Assembly (NCBI GenBank): GCA_018821925.1
Contig: JAHJLF010000053.1
Span: forward strand, 495-64,494
Length of the DNA stretch: 64,000 nt
Direction of reading: 5' to 3'
From: Candidatus Edwardsbacteria bacterium
Lineage (GTDB): Bacteria; Edwardsbacteria; AC1; EtOH8
Position numbers and translations under genes: made by a program. Every line of letters begins with the position of its first letter. Within the stretch, counting starts at the first letter, position 1. The notes under the pieces are model-generated. The model made no database searches and was not told where the DNA came from. It worked only from the letters and a program-made list of their open reading frames with translations. Positions 17,014 through 27,642 of the stretch are shown in pieces.

Positions 17014-20000
17014 TCATGCTTTAATTTTATATTTCTCTATCAACCTGTAAAAATGGCGCCGGGAAATTCCTACTGACTTTGCCGCCAGCGTAATGTTGCC
17101 GTTAAAGTTTTTTATGGCCTCCCCAATTTCCTGTCCTTGATCGATCTGCTTCTTGTCTTTTATTGTTGCCATATCCGAAGATATCTCCAGCTCTTTAATG
17201 GATATGGTCTTTGTATTCGCCAATAATGCAGCCTTTTGGATGGTGTTCTCCAGCTCCCTTACATTGCCGGGCCAGGAGTAATTCATCATTTGATGCTTTG
17301 CTTCCGAGCTGAACCGCAGCCCTATTTTACCGAATTTTTTCTGGTATTTATCCTTGAAAAACTCCGCCAAAAGCAGGATATCGCTTCCCCGCTCCCGCAG
17401 TGGCGGAATGGGAATGGTCACAACCTTAAGGCGGTAATACAGGTCCGCCCGGAAACGCCCCTCGTTGATCTCGATCTCCAGGTCCCGGTTGGTGGCGCAG
17501 ATCACCCGTACATCCACCGTCCGGCTGGCAGATTCTCCCACCCTCCTGATCTCGCCGCTTTCCAGCACCCTCAACAGGCGGGGCTGGACCGCCTGACTGG
17601 CGCTGGAGATCTCGTCCAGGAACACCGTGCCCCCGTCGGCCGATTCAAAAAGCCCGGTCTTGTCTTTGTTGGCCCCGGTAAAAGCCCCCCTGACATAGCC
17701 GAACAGTTCCGATTCCAGAAGCGTTTCGGGGAGCGAGCCGCAATCCAGGGCCAGGAACTTTTGTCCCCTTCTTTCCGACAGTTTGTGAATGGCCTGGGCC
17801 ATTACCTCTTTGCCCGATCCGGATTCGCCGTCCAGCAACACGTTTATGTCCGCTTTGGCAATGACCTTTATCCTGTCGATCATCTGCTGCATTGGCGCGG
17901 ACTGTCCGATTACTAAGGAAGAAATATCTTCTGCCTGCGATATGGCATCGCCCTGGCTGGATTTGAGCTTAGTGATCAGTTTATTGCTCTCCAGCACCGC
18001 ACCGATAATGCCGGCCAAAGCCAGCACGAATTCCTTCTGTTCCTTGCCGAATAGCCCTGAGGTGACCCTCGAATCCAGATAGATGGCCCCGGCCGCCCCT
18101 TCCCGGAAGCTGATGGGAACGCACAACAATGATCTGATGACATTCCGCTGAACGCTCAATCTGGAGCTGAATGCTTCATCCACCGAAGCATCGTTGGAAA
18201 TTATCACATCCCCCTGGCTGGCGCTGTTCAATACCGCCGAAGCTGAAAATTCCAGAGCGTCGTTCTTGGTCTGGTCATCCAGGTCGATCTGGGCCGCCAG
18301 GCTTATTTTAGATTTTTCATCCAGCAGGAACAAGGCCCCTCTTTCGGCCCCCGCCATCTCCACCGCCAGCTTTAGGGCAGACTGGGCCAGGGATCGCTGG
18401 CTGCCCTCAGTTGACAATGTTTCGGCTAATTGGTAAATGCCTCTAAGCAATTCTACCGGAACGGTTGATTTGCCGGACTGGCCGAAATATATACGCGAAG
18501 CTTTGACGATGATCTCCCGGACTCTCTTTAAATAATCGGGGGTTCCCATTTCGATGAATTCCGATTCCGCCTTTAGCAGCCCGGGCATTATTTCCCTCAA
18601 TAGATCTCTATCATTATATTTTATCGCTTCTTCGGCTGTTTGCAGCCAGCAATTGGCGGCATAGAACTTGTCCCCGCTTTCCAGCATTTCCTTTCCAGCC
18701 GCCAGGGACATCCTGGCCCCCTCCAATCTTGTGTTTTCATCAGCCATATTTATCATTCCCTCCACCGCTTTTATCCGGCTGACCAGTACCGGGTTTTTAT
18801 CCGGGGCATCTTTTGCCGCTTTCAACCATTCATTGGCCTTTTCAATATTACTTATTTTATATTCCGCATAGGCCATATCCGCATATATCTCGGGATCAGG
18901 TGTCATGGCCTTATCCTTATAGTCATCAAGCGCCTCGGCAAAGGTGGATAGGGCCATCTCGTATTTTCCCTGTTCCAACTCAACCCCGGCCCTGGCTTTG
19001 AGGATCGTTTCCTCCGGATAGTGGGATTTTTGCAATCGGTTGACTTCGATAGCTTTGTCGATGCGCTCCAGGGCCAGCTCTTTTCTCCCCAGCATATTTT
19101 CCAATATCCCCAGGGTGGTCAGATAGCCGATCGGGGCGCCGGTTTCCCCATCCGCTTTACTTTGATGGTACAGCTCATAATATATATTATATGCCTGCCC
19201 GAACCTTCCCTGCTTCATGGATATGTTTGCCAGTCCGTATCTGGAGCTGATTAAACTGTTGGTTTCGTTGGTAGCCAAAGCGTGATAAATGCTGTTTTGA
19301 TGGGATTCTATTGCGCCCTTCCAGTCCTTAAGCTCGAATAATATCGCCCCCAGGCTGCAATAAACTTTAGCCAGCCGCTGGCTGGGAATCTGGGAATCCG
19401 CCCGACTTATCGTTTCCGTAATCACATCCCTGGCCTTCGTCAAATTTGACGTCATCCACAGAGCAATAGCATAAACAAAATCACTCCGCATTGAATCATC
19501 GCTCTCATCGCCGCAGGTATACTGCCGCGCCCTGTCGAGATAATTTATGACCTCCCCCCAGCAGCCATTACGGTATGCTAACTGAGCCATTAATTCATAA
19601 CTTAATTTTACCAGGCAGTCTTTTCCCTCCTTCGTGTTTTGAGAAATGCCGGTCTGAATTATCTTTTGCCCCAAGGCAGGGTCGCCCTTAATAGATTTAA
19701 CATACCCTCCATAGGCCCTGGCCATCATTACTATATCTTCATTAATAGATATACTGCCCCGGACGATCTCCTCGATTTTATTCTCGGCGACATCCAGAAA
19801 TCCGCCCGTTATCGAAACATAGAAAAATCGTTTCCAGTATTTCGGATCGTCTTTAAGAGTTTTTTCCAGGGACATCCAGGTCTCAAGGGCGTTTTTCCAT
19901 TGCCCGAGTTGGCAATAGGTGTCCGTGATTTTGACGGCCAGTTCCTTGTGAAGATCCGTTCCTGTTTTGCCCGAATCAACCAGATCCCGGGCCAGGAACA

Positions 20001-21765
20001 GTGTGCCGTAGATGTCCCTTGCCGCCGCCGCCTTTTTATACAACTGCAGCGTCACCCAAACCCAGCTTTCCCAATCTCCCTTTTGGGATAAAAGGTTTTT
20101 ATAGATGCCCCGGCAGAAAAACTGCCCGGTGGTATCCCCGCGGCCTTTTACCAATCCAGCAAACTCTTGATGTTCCCCTGTCCCCCACTTTCCGACCACC
20201 AGCGCTAAAACCTGATCGTCGCCCATTGCCCACCGGCCATCAAAATTTACTGTTTTGTATCTCAAGCCGATCACCGGATCCTGGTCTGAGGAGACCTTGC
20301 CTAAGCTGACGTTTATCGCCGCCCTTTTCTCGTCGCTGGACAGGTTTTGCCACCAGGCTTCCAGTTTATTTTTAATTTCTATCGGCCAGCTGGGGTCCTT
20401 ATGAATTTCTGGCCATTTTAAATGCCAGGTCCCGAGTTTTCGCCCGATCAGTTCTTGTCTGACCAGATGACCGACCAGTTTTTCAGCCCGCTCGATGTCA
20501 TTGCCGGTTTGTTTGATCAGCCAGCTGGCAAGCAGTCCCAGATCGTACCGGTTTATTCCGCTCAGACATCCCCTCAGAGCCCTTTGATATAACTGTTCCG
20601 TGGCCGGGTTCAATGAAAGGCGCACCATGTTCTCCGGCTGGCTTTGCGGATCATCACCCGTCCCGGCAAATATTATACTGAACTTCTTATCCCCGGCCAG
20701 CGTCTTTACTAGCTCTGTTGATTTCCCGGCATTATCAACCAGAATAAAAGATCCGTTTTCAAATTCAAGATCCCGCAAATTTGCATCGGTCAGCGCAGCT
20801 GCGTCAATATAATAACTCCGGCCTCCCTTAAGCTGGTTTATATAATTTACTTCCTTTAAAAAATGCGTCTTGCCGGCCCCCGGGCCGCCGGTCAAATTAA
20901 TCAAAACCGCCTGGCCTTTATTACACAAGGACCAGACCTTCCTTAAACCATCTTGCGGGGCGACATAATCGAAACCACTCAAATATTCTGGATCTTGAAA
21001 TATTTCCATTTCGCGGCCCGCCATAAGCAGCTCTCCGGCCGAACCCAACCTCTCAATCGGGTCGTGCCGGAGCATCTTCATCAGGATATCAGCCCCAGGG
21101 CCGGAGATCATTTCCTTGATATCGGCCATCAACGGTTCATTCCTGTTAAACCGCCTTTCGGGGGGGGGAAGTTTCCCGGACAGCATTTCATATAATAAAA
21201 GACCCAGGCTGTATACATCAGAAGCCTGGGTAATGATTCCCTGTCCCGAAATAAGTTCCGGAGAGGCATAGGCCGGAGTGCCGGCGGTGATCCCGGTCAG
21301 GCTTGATCCTGCCCTCCTGGCCAGGCCAAGATCCAGCAGCTTGACAACCGCACCGTTTAAAATGATATTCTCCGGTTTCAGGTCTCCGTGGATAAATCCC
21401 CGTTGGTGAATGAAATCCAGAATAACAGCCAGCTTATTCAACACGGTCAGGGCCTGGCTCTCCGGTAGCGGCCCCTTGGAAAGCCTGACCGACAAAGTGG
21501 TGCCGGGACAATATTCCTGGGCGAGCATGGCCGATTGTGATGTTTGGTAAAAATCATAAACTGCCGGCAGGCCCGGATGATTGATGCGGTGCAAGCGTAT
21601 GAATTCGTTTTTTAAGAGGGCACGGCCGGAAGCATCGGCTGTTTTTAAAGCCAGTTTCTTGCCGGTGATACTGTCCCGCACCAGAAATACTTTTCCGAAT
21701 CCGCCCTGCCCGATAGTTTCAAGGAGCTGGTACCGCCAATGCAATTTTATGTCGTCTCTTTCCAT
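17014..21765 (-). CDS. Multidomain regulator: Ser/Thr protein kinase, P-loop (STAND/AAA) NTPase, TPR array, GAF domain, sigma-54 interaction domain and Fis-type HTH
   Basis: Kinase motifs GQGGFGKV, HGDLKPENI and DLGLA; Walker A GGPGAGKTH; sigma-54 AAA+ domain with GESGSGKE, the GAFTGA loop and ESELFGY; C-terminal HTH ...SRRHFYRLIEKY. Confidence 0.85.
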   Translation of the reverse strand: MERDDIKLHWRYQLLETIGQGGFGKVFLVRDSITGKKLALKTADASGRALLKNEFIRLHRINHPGLPAVYDFYQTSQSAMLAQEYCPGTTLSVRLSKGPLPESQALTVLNKLAVILDFIHQRGFIHGDLKPENIILNGAVVKLLDLGLARRAGSSLTGITAGTPAYASPELISGQGIITQASDVYSLGLLLYEMLSGKLPPPERRFNRNEPLMADIKEMISGPGADILMKMLRHDPIERLGSAGELLMAGREMEIFQDPEYLSGFDYVAPQDGLRKVWSLCNKGQAVLINLTGGPGAGKTHFLKEVNYINQLKGGRSYYIDAAALTDANLRDLEFENGSFILVDNAGKSTELVKTLAGDKKFSIIFAGTGDDPQSQPENMVRLSLNPATEQLYQRALRGCLSGINRYDLGLLASWLIKQTGNDIERAEKLVGHLVRQELIGRKLGTWHLKWPEIHKDPSWPIEIKNKLEAWWQNLSSDEKRAAINVSLGKVSSDQDPVIGLRYKTVNFDGRWAMGDDQVLALVVGKWGTGEHQEFAGLVKGRGDTTGQFFCRGIYKNLLSQKGDWESWVWVTLQLYKKAAAARDIYGTLFLARDLVDSGKTGTDLHKELAVKITDTYCQLGQWKNALETWMSLEKTLKDDPKYWKRFFYVSITGGFLDVAENKIEEIVRGSISINEDIVMMARAYGGYVKSIKGDPALGQKIIQTGISQNTKEGKDCLVKLSYELMAQLAYRNGCWGEVINYLDRARQYTCGDESDDSMRSDFVYAIALWMTSNLTKARDVITETISRADSQIPSQRLAKVYCSLGAILFELKDWKGAIESHQNSIYHALATNETNSLISSRYGLANISMKQGRFGQAYNIYYELYHQSKADGETGAPIGYLTTLGILENMLGRKELALERIDKAIEVNRLQKSHYPEETILKARAGVELEQGKYEMALSTFAEALDDYKDKAMTPDPEIYADMAYAEYKISNIEKANEWLKAAKDAPDKNPVLVSRIKAVEGMINMADENTRLEGARMSLAAGKEMLESGDKFYAANCWLQTAEEAIKYNDRDLLREIMPGLLKAESEFIEMGTPDYLKRVREIIVKASRIYFGQSGKSTVPVELLRGIYQLAETLSTEGSQRSLAQSALKLAVEMAGAERGALFLLDEKSKISLAAQIDLDDQTKNDALEFSASAVLNSASQGDVIISNDASVDEAFSSRLSVQRNVIRSLLCVPISFREGAAGAIYLDSRVTSGLFGKEQKEFVLALAGIIGAVLESNKLITKLKSSQGDAISQAEDISSLVIGQSAPMQQMIDRIKVIAKADINVLLDGESGSGKEVMAQAIHKLSERRGQKFLALDCGSLPETLLESELFGYVRGAFTGANKDKTGLFESADGGTVFLDEISSASQAVQPRLLRVLESGEIRRVGESASRTVDVRVICATNRDLEIEINEGRFRADLYYRLKVVTIPIPPLRERGSDILLLAEFFKDKYQKKFGKIGLRFSSEAKHQMMNYSWPGNVRELENTIQKAALLANTKTISIKELEISSDMATIKDKKQIDQGQEIGEAIKNFNGNITLAAKSVGISRRHFYRLIEKYKIKA

Positions 21766-21766
21766 C

Positions 21767-23344
21767 TTATCGTTTTTCCCGGTCTTTCTCTTTCCAGGAA
21801 AAGCTTGTCAGCCCGAGCTGGCCGCCGGCCCATAATACACCGTCCACTGATAACACCTTTGCCACATGCTCATCCAGCAGTCCGTCCTCCTTGCGATACA
21901 CCATCCACAAGCTTTTAGCTTTCTCAAAACGGACCAATCCGGCATCGGTGCCAATCCAAAGATTGTTATCATCCACTGCCAGACATACCGATCTGCCGGC
22001 ATTATAATTGCCTGCCCGGGGATATTTTTCCCAGGAGGCGCTTCTTCTGTCGTAGCGCAGCAGGACATCTCCCGACAGCCACCAAACATAAGGTCCATCA
22101 ACCGCTACCCCCAGTAATTCGCCATCCATTTCGACCGGAGATTTACCGTCATAGCGGTATATTTTCAGGCTGTCGGATTTATCCAAAATCAAGCCGCCCT
22201 GGCTGGTGGCCAGGTAAACCTGGCCGGTTCCCAGGGCTATCTGGTTGACTTCACGCTCATCCTGGCCCTCCCAGCCAAAGGATTTACCGCCTGATTTTAC
22301 AGCATATATTGCCGGGCCGGAGCGGGTGCCCACCCACAGCGTGTCGGATTGCAGCAACAATGCAGTAATCATGTCATCGGGCAGGCCGTCATAACGGGTG
22401 ATGGTGGTGGCAAAATCACTTCCTCTCTTGACCGTGATGATCCCCCGGTCGGTCCCGATGAACACCCTTTTATCGTCAAAAGCCAGACAGTTAAGGCGGT
22501 AGTTCGCCAGGTCAAGATTGAACAGTTTGTTGAGCTGTTGCCACTGGTCGCTATCTTTGGTTATCAGGGTTATGCCCCCCTGTCCGGTTGTGCCTACGGT
22601 ATGGCCGCTGGCATACAGCCCGGAGACGCTGGTGCTGGCTAAAAAGCCCTTGGTGACCTGGATTTTTTCTTTGCTGATCAGATCATACTTCCACAACCCC
22701 AAGCCGGAATAAGCCGCCCAGGCATACCGGCCGGTAAATTCTGCCGCATAGGCGGTAAGATAATGCCGCCCGGCCCAGCTATCCCAAATCGGCTCGGCCA
22801 GAAAATACAGCCGGCTGTTGCTTCTAAGCGATTCGGCATCGACCCGGCCGAACCATTCCAGTTGTTGGGGGATGGCTGATTCTTTGCTGCACTTCCCCGA
22901 CCATCGATCGCAAAGATAATACCCGCCGGGGGTCCTGACCCAGACGCCTTCGGCGCCAAAAGCCACCTGGGCTATGGTTTCGGGAAGGAATATAGGGGGG
23001 TTCTGCATGTCGGATATCAGGCGGTAGGGGATCATTTTGTCGGCATAGACAAAATAGAGGTCGTTGAAGTAATGGTCCAGGGCCGTGAACTGAAAGTTGC
23101 TGCTGGGGGGATGCAGGGGAAAAGAAAAATCCCATTTATCAAACAGCTTATCATACCTGGCCCCGGCGGCCGATGAAAAAGCATACACATAACGGGGGTC
23201 GGTTATTATGGTGCGGATGTCGCCTTCAAAGGTAGCGCCGCCGAAGCTCCTATATTGATGCCAATCCGATTGAGCCCAGGCCCCGCCGATGAGAAATAAA
23301 ATTAAAGCTATAACTGCCTTTGATATTTTTGCCGAATTTTTCAT
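21767..23344 (-). CDS. Secreted beta-propeller protein with two-component-regulator propeller (Reg_prop)-like repeats
   Basis: Signal peptide; repeated LW.GT..GL blades; the stop overlaps the start of the kinase/sigma-54 gene (21765/21767). Confidence 0.6.
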   Translation of the reverse strand: MKNSAKISKAVIALILFLIGGAWAQSDWHQYRSFGGATFEGDIRTIITDPRYVYAFSSAAGARYDKLFDKWDFSFPLHPPSSNFQFTALDHYFNDLYFVYADKMIPYRLISDMQNPPIFLPETIAQVAFGAEGVWVRTPGGYYLCDRWSGKCSKESAIPQQLEWFGRVDAESLRSNSRLYFLAEPIWDSWAGRHYLTAYAAEFTGRYAWAAYSGLGLWKYDLISKEKIQVTKGFLASTSVSGLYASGHTVGTTGQGGITLITKDSDQWQQLNKLFNLDLANYRLNCLAFDDKRVFIGTDRGIITVKRGSDFATTITRYDGLPDDMITALLLQSDTLWVGTRSGPAIYAVKSGGKSFGWEGQDEREVNQIALGTGQVYLATSQGGLILDKSDSLKIYRYDGKSPVEMDGELLGVAVDGPYVWWLSGDVLLRYDRRSASWEKYPRAGNYNAGRSVCLAVDDNNLWIGTDAGLVRFEKAKSLWMVYRKEDGLLDEHVAKVLSVDGVLWAGGQLGLTSFSWKEKDREKR

Positions 23345-23360
23345 TTTCTGATGATAGGAG

Positions 23361-23918
23361 TTATTGGGCCGGAAAAGTCAGACTGCCGTCGGGTTGGTAA
23401 ACCCATTTAAAAGTTGTTTCGGTAATGTTGTTGATGCTGTCAACCGTAATTTTGGTAATAATTATCTTGGCATATTTTTTTTGATTTGCCCTGATAGCCA
23501 GGGTTTGATATACTGACAGGTTGGATATTGGGGAAACAAATCCCGAGGTGTCCGAAATAGCCGTCAGCGAGTCGAAAAAGGCATAGGCGTTTGACGAGTC
23601 CGGGGAGCTATCCAGTAATTTAAAAGCCGAATTGCCGTCTATCGACCAAAATTGCGGCAGATAATTGGTTGCTAAGGATACTCTTACCGAAATATCCGGA
23701 AAAACCTCGCTGGTGTTGGGGTAATAGATTACCTGGGCTGTGGCAAAATAAAATCCGCTTCCGTTATAATTTACCACTTCTTTGTTGTCAACGGTGGCGG
23801 TACCCGAGGTGGGATATACCGGGTCGTCAGGAATTACGATCTCCACCGGCTTGGCGCAGGATAAAAAAAGATACAATGCCATTAACAATAAATATGCTTT
23901 ATGGATTCTGCCGAACAT
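23361..23918 (-). CDS. Hypothetical lipoprotein (185 aa)
   Basis: Signal peptide with LSC lipobox. Confidence 0.55.
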   Translation of the reverse strand: MFGRIHKAYLLLMALYLFLSCAKPVEIVIPDDPVYPTSGTATVDNKEVVNYNGSGFYFATAQVIYYPNTSEVFPDISVRVSLATNYLPQFWSIDGNSAFKLLDSSPDSSNAYAFFDSLTAISDTSGFVSPISNLSVYQTLAIRANQKKYAKIIITKITVDSINNITETTFKWVYQPDGSLTFPAQ

Positions 23919-23931
23919 TGGCTGCTCCTTG

Positions 23932-25107
23932 TTATTGGGATAAATAATTTAAAGCTATTGCTGTCAGGATCTCGGCCCCCAGCGGAAGCGCCTTTTCGTC
24001 TATGGCGAATTTGGGGTGATGCCAGGGGTGGGCTGTAGCCCGATCTTTACGGCTGCCCAGCCTTAAAAATGCCCCCGGCGCCTTTTGTAAAAAATAGGCC
24101 ATATCCTCGCCGCCCATCATGGGCTCGGTGATGCGGACTGCGGTTTTTTTGCCGTGCAGTGAAGCTATTACCTTTTCACAGAAGTCGACCATGCCCGGGT
24201 CGTTGAACAGCACTGGATAGCCCCTCTCATATCTTAAGCTGGCTTTCAGCCCGTTGGCCCGGGCAATGCCTTCGGCCAGCTGCCTGATCCAGATGGGCAT
24301 CATTTTGGTGGAATAGAAATCGATGGTGCGGGCGGTGCCCGTTAAAAGCGCCTGTTGAGGAACGATATTATGCTTGCTGCCGGCCTGGACCTGACCGACG
24401 GTCACCACCGCCGGGTGGACCGGATCGACCTTTCGGCTGGCTATGGTCTGCAGGCCCATGATTATCTGGGCCGCGGTGGTCACCGGGTCCAGGCAGTCGT
24501 GGGGCCGGGCGGCATGGCCGCCCTTTCCGGCAATCGTGATCTCGAAATTATCCGAGGCCGCCATCATCGGCCCCTTGCAGAGGCCCACCTTCCCTGTGGG
24601 AAGGGAGGAATCCAGGTGGAGGGCAAAGACGGCATTCACCCTGGGAGCTTCCATGGCACCATCCTTGATCATCCCCAGGGCGCCGCCGGGGGGCGTTTCC
24701 TCCCCCGGCTGGAAAAGAAATTTGACCTGCCCCTTGATCACATCTCTTTGGGAGGACAACATTTTTGCCGCTCCCAACAGCATGGCCATATGCCCGTCGT
24801 GCCCGCAGGCGTGCATGATCCCGGGGTTATTTGAAACATAGGATGTTCTGTTGTCTTCATTGACCGGCAGGGCGTCCATATCGGCCCTCAATGCCACGGT
24901 CTTCCCCTTACGGCAGCCCTGGAGCAGGCCCACCACCCCGGTGCCGCCTACCTTAAGTTTAACCCTCATCCCGAGCTTTTTCAACTCAGCCGCCAACACC
25001 CGGGAGGTTTGAAATTCCTTGAAAGAAAGCTCGGGATTTTTATGGAAATGTCTCCGCCATCCTATGACATAATTATCGATGTTCGGTGGGCTTTTTATCA
25101 ACTTCAC
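23932..25107 (-). CDS. M20D family amidohydrolase (aminoacylase/hippurate hydrolase-like)
   Basis: HACGHDGH metal-binding motif. Confidence 0.85.
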   Translation of the reverse strand: MKLIKSPPNIDNYVIGWRRHFHKNPELSFKEFQTSRVLAAELKKLGMRVKLKVGGTGVVGLLQGCRKGKTVALRADMDALPVNEDNRTSYVSNNPGIMHACGHDGHMAMLLGAAKMLSSQRDVIKGQVKFLFQPGEETPPGGALGMIKDGAMEAPRVNAVFALHLDSSLPTGKVGLCKGPMMAASDNFEITIAGKGGHAARPHDCLDPVTTAAQIIMGLQTIASRKVDPVHPAVVTVGQVQAGSKHNIVPQQALLTGTARTIDFYSTKMMPIWIRQLAEGIARANGLKASLRYERGYPVLFNDPGMVDFCEKVIASLHGKKTAVRITEPMMGGEDMAYFLQKAPGAFLRLGSRKDRATAHPWHHPKFAIDEKALPLGAEILTAIALNYLSQ

Positions 25108-25955
25108 TCCTCTTTGCAGATCCCAAAGGCTTGGTTCTTTCCCATAGCCTTGGCCTTATATAATAATTTATCGGCGCAATCCAGCAGCTCGATCTTGCTT
25201 CCCCCGTCATCGGGGAACGAGGCCACCCCGGCGCTGACCGTGACCTTGCCGCCTGGCATGACTTTCTGATTGGGAAAATGTCCGGCGGCTACCTTCTGGC
25301 AGATCCGCCCGGCGATAGTCAGGGCCCCCTTCTTTTTGGTGGAGGGCAGGATGATGGTGAATTCCTCGCCCCCGTAGCGGGAGGTGGCATCCACCTTGCG
25401 CACCGCTTGCAGCATAATCTTGGAGATTTCCACCAGCAGTACGTCCCCGGCGATGTGCCCGTTGGCGTCGTTGTAGATCTTGAAATCGTCCACATCGATC
25501 ATCAGCAGGGAGAACGACATCCCGTAGCGCCGGGCCCTCTCCACCTCCTCGTCCAAGCGGTCCTGGAAAAAACGGTGATTATAGAGCCCGGTCAGGCCGT
25601 CGGTTACCGCCGACAGCAGGGTCTTTTCGAACAGATCTATCTCGATTATTTTGGGGTTCTGTATCTGTTGCTGGAGGTTGATGAAATAATCCAGCAGGGC
25701 CACCCTGACCCCCACATTGCGGCCCAGCTTTCGGCTCATCTCCTGCTTGTGCTGTAGCACCTTCTCCCAATGCTGTTTGGCCTGGTTCTCGCTGAAGTGG
25801 AGATGGACCATGGTGTATATCAGGTCGCTGTACAGGCTGTCGGCCTTCTCCCGGCGCACCTGCTCCACCTGTTTCAATATCTCCGCGGTCTCGCCGTTAT
25901 CCTGGCCCAGGGACGAAATGACCTCCTTGGTGAAATTATTTTTTCGGGATTTCAT
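25104..25955 (-). CDS. GGDEF diguanylate cyclase with an N-terminal sensory domain
   Basis: RYGGEEF active site; 4-nt overlap with the M20 gene. Confidence 0.85.
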   Translation of the reverse strand: MKSRKNNFTKEVISSLGQDNGETAEILKQVEQVRREKADSLYSDLIYTMVHLHFSENQAKQHWEKVLQHKQEMSRKLGRNVGVRVALLDYFINLQQQIQNPKIIEIDLFEKTLLSAVTDGLTGLYNHRFFQDRLDEEVERARRYGMSFSLLMIDVDDFKIYNDANGHIAGDVLLVEISKIMLQAVRKVDATSRYGGEEFTIILPSTKKKGALTIAGRICQKVAAGHFPNQKVMPGGKVTVSAGVASFPDDGGSKIELLDCADKLLYKAKAMGKNQAFGICKEE

Positions 25956-26015
25956 AACTTACCTCATCTGATATTGACGATGGCCTGATAAAAAATCTCT
26001 AAACCAAACGAGCTC

Positions 26016-27215
26016 TCAGCAGGATTTGCTATTGATGCCGCAGGAGGCCCGGGGGGCGATGGGCGACATCTCCCGCAGGCGGGCCACCGCCTGGGACAGC
26101 ACCCCCACGGTATAATCCATCTGTTCTTCGGTGTTGCCTCTTCCTATGGAAAAACGCAATGACCCCTGGGCGATCTCGGTGGGCACCCCCATGGCCGCCA
26201 GCACGTGGGATGGCTCCAGGCTGCCGGAGGTGCAGGCCGAGCCCGAGGAGGCCGCGATCCCCTTCATGTCCAGAGACAGTAAGATGCCCTCCCCCTCGAT
26301 GTATTCGAATGAGACGTTCAGGATCCCCGGTAGCGATTTTTCCGGGTGCCCGTTCCGCCTGACATGGAGAATGTTCTTCTCGATGCCCTGCCACAATCTT
26401 TCCCGCAGGGCGGTCAAACGGTCCCATTGGACCAGCCTTTCGCCGGCGGCCAGTTCTGCGGCCGCCCCCAGACCGGCGATCCCGGCAACGTTCTCGGTGC
26501 CGGCCCGGCGGTTCTTTTCGTGTCCGCCCCCGTGGATCAGGGGATGCAGGCGGGTCCCCTTTTTGACATACAACGCTCCGACCCCCTTGGGGCCGTATAT
26601 TTTGTGGGCCGATACCGACAGCAGATCCACCCCCAGGGTTTTCACGTCCGTCTCCAGTTTGCCGAAGGCCTGGACGGCATCGCTGTGAAACAATACCTTG
26701 TTCTCCCGGCAGATATTGGCCAGCTCCGGCAGGGGCTGGATGGTGCCGACCTCGTTGTTGGCCTGCATCACCGAAACCAGTATGGTCTTCTGGTTTATCG
26801 CCCGCCTCAGTTCTTCGGGGTCCACCAGGCCATATCGGTCCACCCCCAAAAAGGTGGTCCTGATGTTGAAATGTTTCTGCAGGTACTCAAAGGTGTGGAG
26901 CACCGCATGATGCTCTATTTTGGTGGTGATGATGTGATCGCCCTTGTCCCGGTTGGCAAATACCGCCCCCTTGATGGCCTGGTTGTCGGACTCGGTCCCG
27001 GAGCCGGTAAAAACCACCTCCGAAGGATCGCAAGCCAGCGCCGCCGCCACCTTTTCCCGGGAGGCCTCTATTGACTGGCGGACCTCCCGGCCCAGCGAAT
27101 GAATGCTGGAGGGATTCCCGAACTTGGGGCCGTAAAAGGGAAGCATGGCCTGCAGGACCTCCTCCCGCACCGGCGTGGTGGCGCTGTGATCAAGATAGAT
27201 ATGTTCCATTTTCAT
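26016..27215 (-). CDS. Cysteine desulfurase (NifS/IscS, class V aminotransferase)
   Basis: SAHKIYGPKG PLP-lysine motif; C-terminal SGSACTS catalytic Cys loop. Confidence 0.9.
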   Translation of the reverse strand: MKMEHIYLDHSATTPVREEVLQAMLPFYGPKFGNPSSIHSLGREVRQSIEASREKVAAALACDPSEVVFTGSGTESDNQAIKGAVFANRDKGDHIITTKIEHHAVLHTFEYLQKHFNIRTTFLGVDRYGLVDPEELRRAINQKTILVSVMQANNEVGTIQPLPELANICRENKVLFHSDAVQAFGKLETDVKTLGVDLLSVSAHKIYGPKGVGALYVKKGTRLHPLIHGGGHEKNRRAGTENVAGIAGLGAAAELAAGERLVQWDRLTALRERLWQGIEKNILHVRRNGHPEKSLPGILNVSFEYIEGEGILLSLDMKGIAASSGSACTSGSLEPSHVLAAMGVPTEIAQGSLRFSIGRGNTEEQMDYTVGVLSQAVARLREMSPIAPRASCGINSKSC

Positions 27216-27243
27216 TACCCTAAGTGAAACAGCTGTGTTGGGA

Positions 27244-27549
27244 TTATTTTTTCTTAAGCCCCTCCACCACCCGGGCCCGCTTTCCTTCGATGGTCACCGG
27301 CTTGTCCTTCCGGTCGTCGATCTTGATGGAGGTGAACACCCGCGGGGCCCCGGTGGAAAGGCAGCGCTGATGCATGGCCTGGGCCACCGCCAGAATATCT
27401 TCCAACGGGCCCTCGATATTGGTGCCCATGGAGGTTATCTCCAGCTTCAGCCCGGTGCTTTTTGCCAGCTTGATGGTGTCCACCACAAAGCTGGAAACGC
27501 TGGGACTCCCGGTGCCCACTGGCACGACGGTGATCTCGGCAATGGCCAT
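27244..27549 (-). CDS. MTH1187/YkoF family protein
   Basis: About 100 aa, ITVVPVGTG...EGPLEDIL family pattern. Confidence 0.7.
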   Translation of the reverse strand: MAIAEITVVPVGTGSPSVSSFVVDTIKLAKSTGLKLEITSMGTNIEGPLEDILAVAQAMHQRCLSTGAPRVFTSIKIDDRKDKPVTIEGKRARVVEGLKKK

Positions 27550-27642
27550 TTCCTGTCTCCTAAAAAACGTTGGATATTCCGGCGGCCGGCTTATTGAAGC
27601 CAGCCGCTGTATTTTATGGGCTGATAACGGCGCCGGGCGGAT

